The position numbers and the translations under genes are program-made. 64,000 bases of DNA, taken from Squalus acanthias. Lineage: Eukaryota. The stretch covers positions 13,456,001 through 13,520,000 of the forward strand of contig CM059433.1 in assembly GCA_030390025.1 (NCBI GenBank), read 5' to 3'. This document shows positions 25,189 through 36,223 of the stretch, piece by piece. The notes below the pieces were generated by a model. It was given only the letters and a program-made list of their open reading frames with translations, was not told the origin of the DNA and searched no databases. How positions within the stretch are numbered: position 1 is the stretch's first letter; each line of letters begins with the position of its first letter.

Positions 25189-26240
25189 TGTAAGGGGTTT
25201 TCTCCGATACCGGTCCCCCGTTACACACAGTTCTTGGACGTCAGGATTTATAAGAACAAAATACACACGGCACAGGGTTTTGGCTCAACCTTTGATTCGT
25301 TCGTTTATTGAACACACACACACAATTCCTTCCCCAGTATAAATCCCTACGATTTATATCAGGCTAACAACCCCAAAATACATACCCCTACGCAAGGGTC
25401 ATTTGCATCGACACAATATGATACAGTTAAACCCGTTACATATAAAGTTACCCAGACTCACTCACAAAACCCTTATTGTGATCTGACTGAAACTCACAAA
25501 CTTACTCAGACTCAATCATAAAAGTCCCCTCTATGATTGGACTGAAACATATAATCACCATTCCCACTCGGCTGTCTCTTGGAGTTGATTGTAGGCCCGA
25601 ATCTTTCTGTTCGCTGTTCTGCCATCGGCTTCCCACCACTGTCTTCGAAGTGATCTTACTTTAAACCAAAACCAACCTTCAGTATTTCCTGGCCCCCCTC
25701 TGAGCATGTGATGGCCATATCAAAATGTGTGAATTCTTCCTGGTATTGTCCATTGATTTGAGATATCTTTTGACAATGCAACCCTCCCAAAGTGACTGCA
25801 TGTGCGAAGTTGTTGGTTTCTGTTAGCATTCGTATTCAAAAGGTTCGAGGCCCGGCCCATTGTCCAGGCCTGCTCTGAAAGTGATTATTCGGGGGCCATG
25901 GTCTAAGGTGGACAATGTAACCCCTTAAGGTACATGAATATGTGAATGTTCTTGTATCTTCCCTTTAGATTTGTATATTAGATTGTCTGTGATCCAGTCT
26001 CTTGAAGGTTCATAGTTTCGGCTGCAATGTCTGAATTAACCCTTTATTGCCCCGCTCTTTTTGCGGGCTGTGCACTTCTGGGTTTTTATCTTTCTTAGTC
26101 CAATAGTCCAACTGTTGGGGGGGGAGGAATCGATCCTCAATACCTTTTCCGGGTTTATTCATAGCATGTACAATGAGTAGAATTGTGGTGTTAAATGGCT
26201 TATTCTCAAAGAGGATTTCTAGGTTACCCCAGCACATCAT
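25189..26240 (-). mobile_element. Putative solo LTR (ERV/Gypsy-like); right-hand boundary uncertain
   Basis: On minus: TATAAAT (~25353-25359), AATAAA (~25304-25309), ending ...CCCCTTACA at 25189; no TSD confirmed. Confidence 0.4.
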
Positions 26241-26372
26241 GTGATGCCATCCCACTGCTCTTCAAACTTAAACTGAGTTCCATGTTGACTTTTGATGCTA
26301 TCTCTTGCATACCAACGGTCTGCTTTTCAAATCCATTGCCCATAAAAACGAGGAAGGGTTTAAGATTCCTCT

Positions 26373-26598
26373 ATGATAGCAAAATACTGCGGATGCTGGA
26401 AATCCGAAATAACAACAGAAAACGCTGGAAAAACTCAGCAGGCCAGGCAGCATCCGTGGAGAGAGAAAGAGAGTTAACGTTTCAGGTCGATGACCTTTCT
26501 GTTCTGATGAAAGGTCATCGACCTGAAACGTTAACTCTCTTTCTCTCTCCACGGATGCTGCCTGGCCTGCTGAGTTTTTCCAGCGTTTTCTGTTGTTA
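26373..26598. mobile_element. Fold-back mini Penelope-like element (family A)
   Basis: Perfect 93-bp arms 26407-26499 / 26509-26601 with 9-nt loop; 14-bp TSD TTTAAGATTCCTCT at 26359-26372 and 26599-26612. Confidence 0.93.
26501..26535 (+). ncRNA. Minimal hammerhead ribozyme motif (family A)
   Basis: GTT-CTGATGA-A-AGGTC-ATC-GACCT-GAAA-CG-TT-AAC with canonical CUGAUGA and GAAA boxes. Confidence 0.78.
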
Positions 26599-26992
26599 TT
26601 TAAGATTCCTCTGCTCTTCTGTGATCTCCCGATCTGCTGGAGCAGCTCATTGTCATGCACATGAGCCAGCTGGCTGTTTGTGAGAGGGAGCGAGATGTGA
26701 CGATTTGACTGGATTCCGACTGCATCGAAAGCTTTTCACTTGAGCTTTTGAATATGTAAAAAGCATCACGGGATGTCATTTTGGCAGAGTTAATCAGCAG
26801 TGAATTTCTCCCGTGCAGGCGAATGCAAGTAATGGAGCCGTGGGTAAACTTGCAATTTAAGTTATGAAAAACTACTTGTCCTCAGAATGTTCAGAGGAGG
26901 AGCGAAGGTGGGCTCTCCTCAAATGTATCGATCTCATGGTTTTGTGAACCAGAAAATTACTGACAGGAGGGGAAGAAACACTGGTAAATGTG

Positions 26993-27086
26993 AAATAAAA
27001 ACAGAAAATGCTGGAGATACTCAGCAGGTCAGGCAGCATCTGTGAAGAGAGAAACAGAGTTAACGTTTCAGGTCGATGACCTTTCG
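26993..27086 (-). mobile_element. Penelope-like terminal fragment (family A), cut at the CUGA box
   Basis: Homologous to 26407-26499; ends where the large fold-back element starts. Confidence 0.8.
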
Positions 27087-28480
27087 TGCAATTCGGCTGA
27101 AACCGGCCTAACCAGCTCAAAAGATCGCGGAATTTTCAGCGCAATTCGTGTTCAGCGCAACTTGGGTTTCGGCGATCTTTTGTGCTAGTTTAAAAAAAAA
27201 TCGTGCTGGAAGCCGGCCCCGCCCACAAAACTGGCCGTGCCCCCAGGGTGAATTAATCACCAAGGGGAGATTCTGCTAATTGAACTCGTCTGAAGGCCTT
27301 CAGGGAGGCTTTAAAAATTAAGCTGGTTCTTTTGGGCGCAAGGACACTAAAAGGCACATTTTAAAAGCTTTTAAATTTGATTTCTGTTTTAATCTACAAC
27401 AACAACAACTTGTATTTATATAGCGCCTTTAATGTAGTAAAACGTCCCAAGGCGCTTCACTGGAGTGTTAAGACAAAATATTTGACACCGAGCCACATAA
27501 GGATAAATTAGGGCAGGTGACCAAAAGCTTGGTCTACTAAGAAACTATCTAATATACCCCAATATAACAAGAAAGCAGTTTTATATATTTTTAAAATCGG
27601 GTTACTCACAGCTGGTGGATTGACAGTGATCAACAGTGCTTATTTTTTGTGATAAACCTATTTTCAGCGGTTTTAATCAAACTTCACTAAGTTTACCACT
27701 TTTAAATACAGGAAGGAAATTTCTTAAAGAAATAATTTTAAAATGCTGCCCGATTGCGCTGGTTTACGGCATATTTTGCATTCGTCGATATGCAAATGAG
27801 CTTGAGCAGAAACTCTGGGGGAAAGAAAACTTTTCCAAACGGGCACAATTTTGGGTGCAATTTGCGCCGGGATCGGCACTTGCGCCCAAAGCCGAAACTT
27901 TGCGCCAATTTTTTTTTTTTTTAATTTTGCTTTAAAAAAAATTCCTTGATATATTTAAGAGTGGTAACTTGGTAAAGTTTGATTAATACAGCTGAACAAT
28001 GGGTTTAATCACAAAAAAATAAGCATTTTAAATCACAGTGTCAATCCACCACCTGTGAGTAACCCGATTTTAAATGACTGAAAATGCGTTTAAAAAAAAA
28101 TATACAAAACTATTTTCTTGTCAGATTGGGGTACAGTAGTCAGTTCCTTAATAAATTTTAACAAAATTACATTCAAAACGTACCTATTAGTGTCCTTGCG
28201 CCCAAAAGATCCAGCTTAAAATTTGGAGCCTTCTCGCAGGCCTGCAAACGAGCGCAATTAGCGGAAACTCCCAGTGGTGATTAATTCACCTCGGAGGCGT
28301 GGCCAGTTTTGTGGGCGGGGCCTGCTTCTAGCGCGAGGTTTTAAAAACCAGCGCAAAATATCGCCGAAACTGGAGTTGCGCTGTACGCAAATTGCGCCTT
28401 AAAATCCGCAAGCTTTTGGGCCGGTTATGCCGATTTCGGGCGAATTGCGCCGAAAAAAACTAGTGCAATCGAGTGGAAAC
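27085..28480. mobile_element. Large imperfect fold-back non-autonomous DNA transposon (Harbinger-like), termini eroded
   Basis: 27085-27700 is an imperfect inverted copy of ~27960-28450 (e.g. GGCCCCGCCCACAAAACTGGCC, GGTGAATTAATCACCA, AAAATCGGGTTACTCACAG). Confidence 0.8.
27398..27532 (-). mobile_element. Short L2 3' end inserted in left arm of the fold-back
   Basis: (AAC)n tail, L2 terminal motif, TCTAC duplicated at 27393-27397 and 27533-27537. Confidence 0.9.
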
Positions 28481-28538
28481 TGTTTTCATCTTGGGTGAAT
28501 TTTAATTTGACAAAAGGACAGGATCACTTGGATTCTCT

Positions 28539-28707
28539 GGGGTCGATTTTGACTCTGTGCGATAGTGTAGAACAGGTGATAGCAAGTCGGCAGCCCGTTT
28601 TACATCTCTCCCGATTTTTAGGAATAAAAATGGAGAGAGATGTAAAACGGGCTGCCGATTTGCTATCACCCGTTTTACACCAGCATGCAAAGTTAAGATC
28701 TACCTCC
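28539..28707. mobile_element. Small palindromic MITE (~170 bp)
   Basis: Whole element is an imperfect hairpin (GATAGCAAGTCGGCAGCCCGTTTTACATCTCTC / GAGAGATGTAAAACGGGCTGCCGATTTGCTATC); partial relatives near 14775, 34460, 46235, 47950, 55830. Confidence 0.85.
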
Positions 28708-29135
28708 CTGGGTGTTATTCCGTAGTTGGTTGGGCTGGGAAAGGTGGAGTGGAAAAACAGTTTAACACAAAAGTACAAAAGCAGACGCGCCTTTACTCAT
28801 AGGTCACCTTGGTAGAAGCTACTTTTCTGGCCTTCGGAAGAAGCAATACAATTTCAGCTAAAGTACTGCACATAGCATGCATGGCAACCTGCTCGGAAAC
28901 TGATCTTTAGCCAAGCAATCCTAAATATAAATAAATTGACGACAAACTTTCCAAAGGTGAAGAAGTGAGCCACCAATGGACAGCACTGGACATTGTAGCC
29001 AAGAGCTGGGGTTGAAAAGGATCTTTAAGACTATTCTTTGTTCATCAGTACCACCTTGTGGTTTCATCCTGTAATGCAAAGGTAGAATTATCTCAGGATT
29101 TTACTATTTTTCCTCATGCAAGTATAATATATATT

Positions 29136-29900
29136 GGCCCAAAAATTCGGCCGAGAACGGGTGAGTACTCAGTGCGTACTCACCCGTATTCGTTCCCGAA
29201 GTGTCGGTTTCCTTGCATGCACTGCGCATGCGCGGGAAACCAGCACTTCCGGTATGGCGAAGGGGGCGGTTCCTAGGTGAACCGCGTGTGCGGTAGAGGC
29301 TGCGCGCACGCAGCACACTTAGGTTTTTTTTCAGGTTTCAACGCGAGGGTAAGTATGGAAGATTTTACACAAGTAAAAAGGAGGCGTAAGACCCCTTTTG
29401 AACAAGGTAAGTAGTTAATTAAGTATAATTTTTAATTTTTTTCAACAGGTTTATCTTTTTTAGATACTTTAAAGAAAGGTAAGTTTATTTTTATAACTTT
29501 TAAATTTTTTTTTAATTTTTTCAAAAATTTAAATTTTTGTTTAAAGTGGTTAATTTATTTAACTATAGTTATTTTATTAATGTGATGGTTTTAAAAAAAA
29601 TTTATTTGAGGTTTAGCTGTTCTTTTGGGGTCTCTTTCAATTCACAGATTTGACAGGTCTCCTGTCAAATCTCTGAATGAAAGATGGTCTGCTGCCATTG
29701 GCTCTCCATGGCCCACGTGATCCCAGGGGTCGCATCGCACTAACTGCGCCCCTGGAACACGCACACACTACGCACCGGCACTAGGGAGAGGCCCAGGACC
29801 CGAAGTTCCTGTGGGCCCAAAACACAACGGCCGGCGCGGTGTGTGATATCGCGCGCGATCCTTACCCTCGCGGCAAGCCTCCGAGTCAAATTTCTGGGCC
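29136..29900. mobile_element. Harbinger-type MITE family A, copy 3 (opposite orientation)
   Basis: TIRs GGCCCAAAAATT / AATTTCTGGGCC; TSD ATT on both sides. Confidence 0.92.
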
Positions 29901-30539
29901 ATTATATACACACACACATTTATATATATTGATTATGTTCAGGGCCACTGATTTACATTAACTGAAAAAGTCAAATTATGCTTTTATCAAATAGGATTTC
30001 TGGTGCTTTGGGGATCAAATTCCACAATTGCGAAATATTTTGGTGAAAACTGCAAATTTATAACCTTGATTATAATACCATAGTCCTGAAGTTGCAGGAC
30101 ACCGTTCCCAGTGTGACGAGTTGGTCAGCAAATCACCACTGGAGAGAATCTGTATTGATGTTCAGTTTGTAAAATGCAACTTTTGCGCATCCAGTAACCT
30201 GGCAGTACAGCAGCAAGCTCACACCGGAGACACACTTTGAATGCCGAGTTTGTAATAATTGGCAGCGCGGATCAGAGAATTGGGAGTGGGGGTTGGGGTG
30301 GGGTCAGTGCTCCGGACAGTAAAAAATCGAGTAACCTGTGGGCACTCGCTGTCTAGGCTTGTGAATGAAGCAAAGTAGCGCCTGTAGAATGCTGCCTCAG
30401 CATGAATCAGTACCTTCAAGGGAGAAGAGGAGGAGAGAAAACTGGAGAGGGTCAATCAAAAAAAAAGCCATTGTTTTGACCAACCAGAAATAAAGCACCT
30501 GTAATACCTTATTGCTGTGTTTGCTGAATCATTTCTTCC

Positions 30540-30875
30540 TCGTTGACCTACATTGGCTCCCGGTTCGGCAACACCTCCAGTTTAAAATTCTCACCTTTGT
30601 GTTCAAATCACTCCATGGCCTCGCCATCTCTGTAACCTCCCCCAGCTCTACATCCCTCCGAGAACTGTACCTTCAGCTGCCTAGGACCCAAGCTCTGGAA
30701 TTTCCCCTCCGCCTCTCTCTCCTCCTTTAAGACGCCCCTTAAAACCTACCTCTTTGACCAAGCTTTTGCTCATCTGTCCTAATGTCTCCGTATGTGGCTC
30801 GGTGTCAAGTTTTGTCTGTGCAGCATCTTGGGATGTTTTACTACGTTAGAGATGTTATATAAATGCAAGTTGCTC
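30540..30875 (+). mobile_element. L2 3' fragment with internal deletions
   Basis: DLHWLPVRQHLQFKIL motif and L2 tail. Confidence 0.88.
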
Positions 30876-31319
30876 TTGTTCTCCGCCTATAGTCAAGGTA
30901 AAAAATATCATGTAAACAGCAATCTATAAATGTGTTTGGGCACAATTATGGCCCAGATAGGGAGAGACCAGCTGACGGAATATCAAAGCACGATTGCCAA
31001 AATGAGGAAGCAGGCCTAGCACGTGCAGTGTTAAGATAATGTGCAAATATTGGATACTGGGAGCTAACAAATGTTATCACAATATTCAAAAAAGGAATCA
31101 GAAATTATAGACAAGGCCACTATTTCAAGGTGACTGAACAAAGTTAAAATCACTGTTATTAACACTGAATTTCAATATTGTTATTAACGTTTAAGGCATC
31201 ACTTTCTGCAATTCAGTTTGCTTTCCTGTTAAAACTGAAAGCCATTGGGCTCACCTATGATATCAAAAAAGAAATAGTTATGATGGAACTACAGTGGACT
31301 TGTCATGATTTAAGTTGCA

Positions 31320-31898
31320 GCTATGCCTTTGTTACCTCTGGACTTGACTATTCCAACGCAATCCTGGCTGGCCATCCCACATTGAGGTCATCCAAAACTC
31401 GGCTCCCCGTGTCCTAACTCGCACCAAGTCCCGTTCGCCCATCTCCCCTGTGCTCGCTGACCTACATTGGCTCCCAGTTAAGCAATGCCTCGATTTCAAA
31501 ATTCTCATCCTTGTTTTCAAATCCCTCCATGGCCTTGCCCCTCCCTATCTCTGTAATCTCCTTCAGCCCTACAACCCCCTGAGATATCTGCGCTCCTCTA
31601 ATTCTGCCCTCTTGAGCATCCCTGATTATAATCGCTCAACCATTGGTGGCCATGCCTTCTGTTGCCTAGGCCCTAACCTCTGGAATTCCCGGCCTAAACC
31701 TCTCCGCCTCGCTACCTCTCTTTCATCCTTTAAGACGCTCCTTAAAACCTACCTCTTTGACCAAGCTTTTGGTCACCTGCCCTAACTTCTCCTTATGTGG
31801 CTCAGTGTCAAATTTTTTGCCTTTTAATACTCCTGTGAAGCACCTTGGGATGTTTTACTGCATTAAAGGCGCTATATAAATAAAAGTTGTTGTTGTTA
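31320..31898 (+). mobile_element. L2 3' fragment
   Basis: ORF 31450-31785 (LHWLPVKQ...FKTLLKTYLFDQAF); (GTT)n tail. Confidence 0.93.
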
Positions 31899-31917
31899 TA
31901 CCCAACATTCCATCAGT

Positions 31918-33740
31918 TAGAAACATAGAAAAATAGGAGCAGGAGTAGGCCATTCGGCCCTTCGAGCCTGCTCCGCCATTCAATATGATCATGGCTGATC
32001 CTCTATCTCAATACCATATTCCCGCTCTCTCCCCATACCCCTTGATGCCTTTTGTGTCTAGAAATCTATCTATCTCCTTCTTAAATATATTCAGTGACTT
32101 GGCCTCCACAGCTGTCTGTAGTAGAGAATTCCATAGGTTCACCACCCTCTGAGTGAAGAAATTTCTCCTCATCTCAGTCCTAAATGTCCTACCCCGTATC
32201 CTGAGACTGTGACCCCTCGTTCTAGACCCTGCAGCCAGGGGAAACATCCTCCCTGCATCCAGTCTGTCTAGCCCTGTCAGAATTTTATACGTTTCAATGA
32301 GATCCCCTCTTATTCTTCTAAACTCTAGTGAATACAAGCCTAGTCCACCCAATCTCTCCTCATACGACAGTCCTGCCATCCCAGGAATCAGTCTGGTGAA
32401 CCTTCGCTGCACTCCCTCTATGGCAAGTATATCCTTTCTTAGGTAAGGAGACCAAAACTGCACACAGTACTCCAGGCGTAGTCTCACCAAGGCCCTGTAT
32501 AACTGTAGTAAGACATCCTTGCTCCTGTACACAAATCCTCTTGCAATGAAGCCCAACATGCCATTTGCCTTCCTAACTGCTTGCTGCACCTGCATGTTTG
32601 CTTTCAGTGACTGGTGTACAAGGACACCAGGTCCCTTTGTACATCAACATTTCCCAATCTATCACCATTTAAATAATACTCTGCTTTTCTGTTTTTCCTA
32701 CCGAAGTGGATAACTTCACATTTATCCACGTTATACTGCATCTGCCATGTATTTGCCCACTCACTGAACTTGTCTAAATCGCCTTGAAGCCTCTTTGCAT
32801 CCTCCTCACAACTCACAATCCCACCTAGTTTTGTGTCGTCAGCAAACTTGGAAATATTACATTTGGTTCCCTCATCCAAATCATTGATATATATTGTGAA
32901 TAGCTGGGGCCCAAGCACTGATCCCTGCAGTACCCCACTAGTCACCGCCTGCCACCCCGAAAAAGACCCATTTATTCCTACTCTCTGTTTCCCGTCTGTT
33001 AACCAATTTTCAATCCATGCCAGTATATTACCCCCAATCCCATGTGCTTTAATTTTGCACACTAACCTCCTATGTGGGACTTTATGAAAGGCCTTCTGAA
33101 AATCCAAATACACCACATCCACTGGTTCTCCCTTGTCTATTCTACCAGTTACATCCTCAAAAAACTCCAGTAGGTTTGTCAAACATGATTTCCCTTTCAT
33201 AAATCCATGTTGAATTTGTCTAATCCCATTGATATTTTCTAAGTGTCTTGTTATCACATCCTTTATAATAGACTCTAGCATTTTCCCTACTACTGATGTT
33301 AGGCTAACTGGTCTGTAGTTCCCTGTTTTCTCTCTCCCTCCTTTTTTAAATAGTGGGGTTACATTTGCCACCCTCCAATCTGCAGGAACTGTTCCATAAT
33401 CTATAGAACTTTGGAAGATGACAACCAGTGCATCCACTATTTTCATGGCTACCTCTTTTAGTACTCTGGGATGCAGATTATCAGGCCTTGGGGATTTATC
33501 GGCTTTCAGTCCCATTAATTTCTCCAGCACTATTTTTTTACTAATACTAATTTCCTTTAATTCCTCCTTCTCACTATACCCTTGGTTCCCTAGCATTTCT
33601 GGGAAGTTATTTGTGTCCTCTTCCGTGAAGACAGAACCAAAGTATTTGTTTAATTGCTCTGCCATTTCCTTGTTCCCCATTATAAATTCTCCCATTTCTG
33701 ACTGTAAGGGACCTACATTTGTCTTCACTAATCTTTTTCT
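31918..33740 (-). pseudogene. 5'-truncated young CR1 ORF2 (RT + C-terminus), one frameshift near 32625
   Basis: ORFs 32604-33758 and 32008-32595 with NYRPVSLTS, DFQKAF, FADD, LEYCVQFW; TTTCTATG tail. Confidence 0.96.
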
Positions 33741-34214
33741 AAGTTGTAGTAGAGGCAAAAATAACTGCAGTATACATAACTCCAGCCTCTGAATTGGAAA
33801 CTTTTGAAGGGGAAGTGAGCTCTTGTGGGGAAATTTTTTTTCCTGAGGGGGGTGGGGGGTGGATGGGGGGCGGGGGAATATTAAAATACAAGATTTTATG
33901 AGTCACAATTGACTCTTGATTTTTGCACCATCAAAAGGTAATACTCATTGAATATAACACAGCAGGCAGGTAACATTATTGTAAATAATAATGGTCTGTA
34001 GACTTACTTACAACATTATAAAATTATTGAAATAGGCATAAATAATAGAACATTTTCATGCAAAAAACTAATAACTTGTATCCTCCTTAATTGCAGGAGG
34101 ATGTCACATTGCACATTAAATTAAGGAGGGAAAAACACAATAATTAGTTTTATAAGTTATGGCAAAGGAGCACCAAGTAATCTGGTACAGTCACTCTCGC
34201 ACATCTAAGTCCTT

Positions 34215-34453
34215 CAACAACAACAACAACAACTTGTATTTATATAGTGCCTTTAACATAGTAAAACGTCCCAAGGCGCTTCACAGGAGTGTTATCAAAC
34301 AAAATTTGACACCGAGCCACATAAGGAGATATTAGGGCAGATGCGAGGTAGTTTTTAAGGAGCGTCTTAAAGGAGGAGAGGTAGAGAGGCGGAGAGGTTT
34401 AGGGAGGGAATTCCAGAGCTGAGGACCTTGGCAGCTGAAGGCACGGTCACCAA
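34215..34453 (-). mobile_element. L2 3' end
   Basis: (CAA)n tail and L2 terminal sequence. Confidence 0.9.
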
Positions 34454-34750
34454 TAGAAAAGAAAATCGGACGGGTGTAAAACGGGCTTCCGAAATGCTAT
34501 TGCCCATTCTGTGCTACTGTAAAGACCAATTTTAACCCTTGGGTATGGTAGCGTTGCGATTATGTTACTAGACTAGTAATCCAAAAACCTGGCCTGATTA
34601 TCCAGCGAATGTGAGTTCAAATCCCACAATGAGAATTTGAATTCAATTTTTTTTTAAATCTGGAAATAAAAGACTGATATCAATAATGTCCTTTAGTCTG
34701 GCCTCTGCCACACCAATGTGGTTGACTCTTAACCATCCATTAAACAAATA

Positions 34751-35252
34751 CAGGAAACTCTTGTTTAACCGGCACCTAAATATCCGGAATTCTCTCTTAA
34801 CCGGCAAAAATCATCCTCCGAAAACTCCTCTCAAATAACCGGCAATGTTGCCGAGTCGCAGTCCGAGTCTCCCGCGAACGCTGAGTACTCCGAAAACTCC
34901 TCTCAAATAACCGGCAATGTTGCCGAGTCACAGTCCGAGTCTCCCGCAAACGCTGAGTACTCCGAAAACTCCTCTCAAATAACCGGCAATGTTGCCGAGT
35001 CCGAGCCCGAGCCCGCGAACGCCGAGTTAGTCAGTGAGGGTAGTACTGTACTTAATCAAGCATCTTCCACCATCCATTTAACACAACATTCTGTAGGTGA
35101 GTACCCAAATACTGTATACTGCACATTTCTTGATTTTTAAATTTTTCTTTGTTAAAAATAGCCTCGGTAGATATAACTCTCAGTTATCCGGAACTTTCGA
35201 TCAACCGGCACCACGCCGGTCCCGTCGGTGCCGGATACCAAAGAGTTTCCTG
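34751..35252. mobile_element. Tc1/mariner (Tigger/pogo-like) MITE, 502 bp
   Basis: 26-bp imperfect TIRs CAGGAAACTCTT...CCGGCACC; TA TSD at 34749-34750 and 35253-35254. Confidence 0.92.
34817..35027. repeat. 72-bp tandem repeat, ~2.9 copies, inside the Tigger-like MITE
   Basis: TCCGAAAACTCCTCTCAAATAACCGGCAATG... starts at 34817, 34889 and 34961. Confidence 0.95.
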
Positions 35253-35851
35253 TACTTTGGTTCTGTCTTCACGGAAGAGGACACAAATAACTTCCCAGAA
35301 ATGCTAGGGAACCAAGGGTCTAGTGAGAAGGAGGAATTAAAGGAAATTAGTATTAGTAAAAAATTAGTGCTGGAGAAATTAATGGGACTGAAAGCCGATA
35401 AATCCCCAGGGCCTGATAATCTGCATTATCTGGCCTGGCAAGCTAATCAGTTGTATCACCACCTTCTCATGGCAACTAAGGATGGGTACTGAATGCTGAC
35501 TTCACCAGCAATGCCCACATCCCGAGGATGAATTAAAAAAAAAAGACCCTCTCCCAGTACCGCCGGACTCTGTGCCTCCTTCCAATGCTCCCAGATCCCA
35601 GGACTGCCCTAATGCTGACAAGTCAATGGCTCGGATAATACGATTTGGCATAATATTCTTATAAAAGCTCTGACTAACGCCAAGGGACATCTGCTTGTAA
35701 TATATTAAAAATCCTGTATCTGGCACCCGCTTCCAATTTCCTGCGTTGCGCCTATTTGACGCACCTAGCTGTGACACTTTGGGTTATGTTTTGGAATAAC
35801 GCCTGGATGTTCGTTTTAACTGTTAGGGAGTGCATGTACACCTGCAGTGCT

Positions 35852-36032
35852 TCAGCCGTGGCTCAGTGGGTAGCACACTCGCCTCTTGGTCTAGAAGGTT
35901 GTGGGTTCAAGTCCCACTACCAGGAATCTGAGCATATAAAGCTAGGCTGGCACTCCCAGGGGAGTGCTGCACTGTCAGAGGTGCCGTCTTTCAGATGAGA
36001 CGTTAAACCGAGGCCCCGTCTGTTCTCTCAGG
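35852..36032 (+). mobile_element. 5' part of Deu-domain SINE (SacSINE1/AmnSINE1-like)
   Basis: A-box TGGCTCAGTGG 35859-35869, B-box GGTTCAAGTCC 35904-35914, then GATGAGACGTTAAACCGAGGCCCCGTCTG; colinear with 63415-63610. Confidence 0.9.
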
Positions 36033-36223
36033 TAAGTGATTGGTTGGTGAGTATTTCTCTTTTTCTCCATTTTCCAAACTTAAATTTTTTGGTTTATAGT
36101 TTCTAGGGTCTCTGTGGTGTAGCGGGGACAGTTGGTAAACAAGGGCCCTATATCATTTAATTATAGTATAATTGGTGGGATTGATTTGATATAATTTAAG
36201 TTCAATTAATTAAAGGGTAAGTC

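Larger units (their letters stand above)
34739..35426 (+). mobile_element. Tail-less internal CR1 ORF2 fragment (~185 bp) carrying a MITE
   Basis: ATTAAACAAATA|CTTTGGTTCTG...GATAATCTGCAT; 3 visible differences from reverse complement of ~33470-33655. Confidence 0.9.
34540..35545 (+). mobile_element. tRNA-derived SINE split by nested insertions (parts ~34540-34735 and ~35428-35545)
   Basis: B-box GAGTTCAAATCCC at ~34613; AATGTGGTTGACTCTTAAC before the insert; GCCCACATCCC...A-rich tail after it. Joining the two parts relies on recalled shark SINE consensus. Confidence 0.65.

Noticed and set aside
26195..26683. Two opposite ORFs with near-identical peptides
   Set aside because: Direct consequence of the perfect palindrome.
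34817..35027. CRISPR-like or tRNA-sized 72-bp repeats
   Set aside because: No spacers and no cloverleaf; lies inside a TA-flanked MITE.
35852..35925. tRNA gene
   Set aside because: A/B boxes run directly into the Deu SINE body; same for 63415 and 53100-53173.
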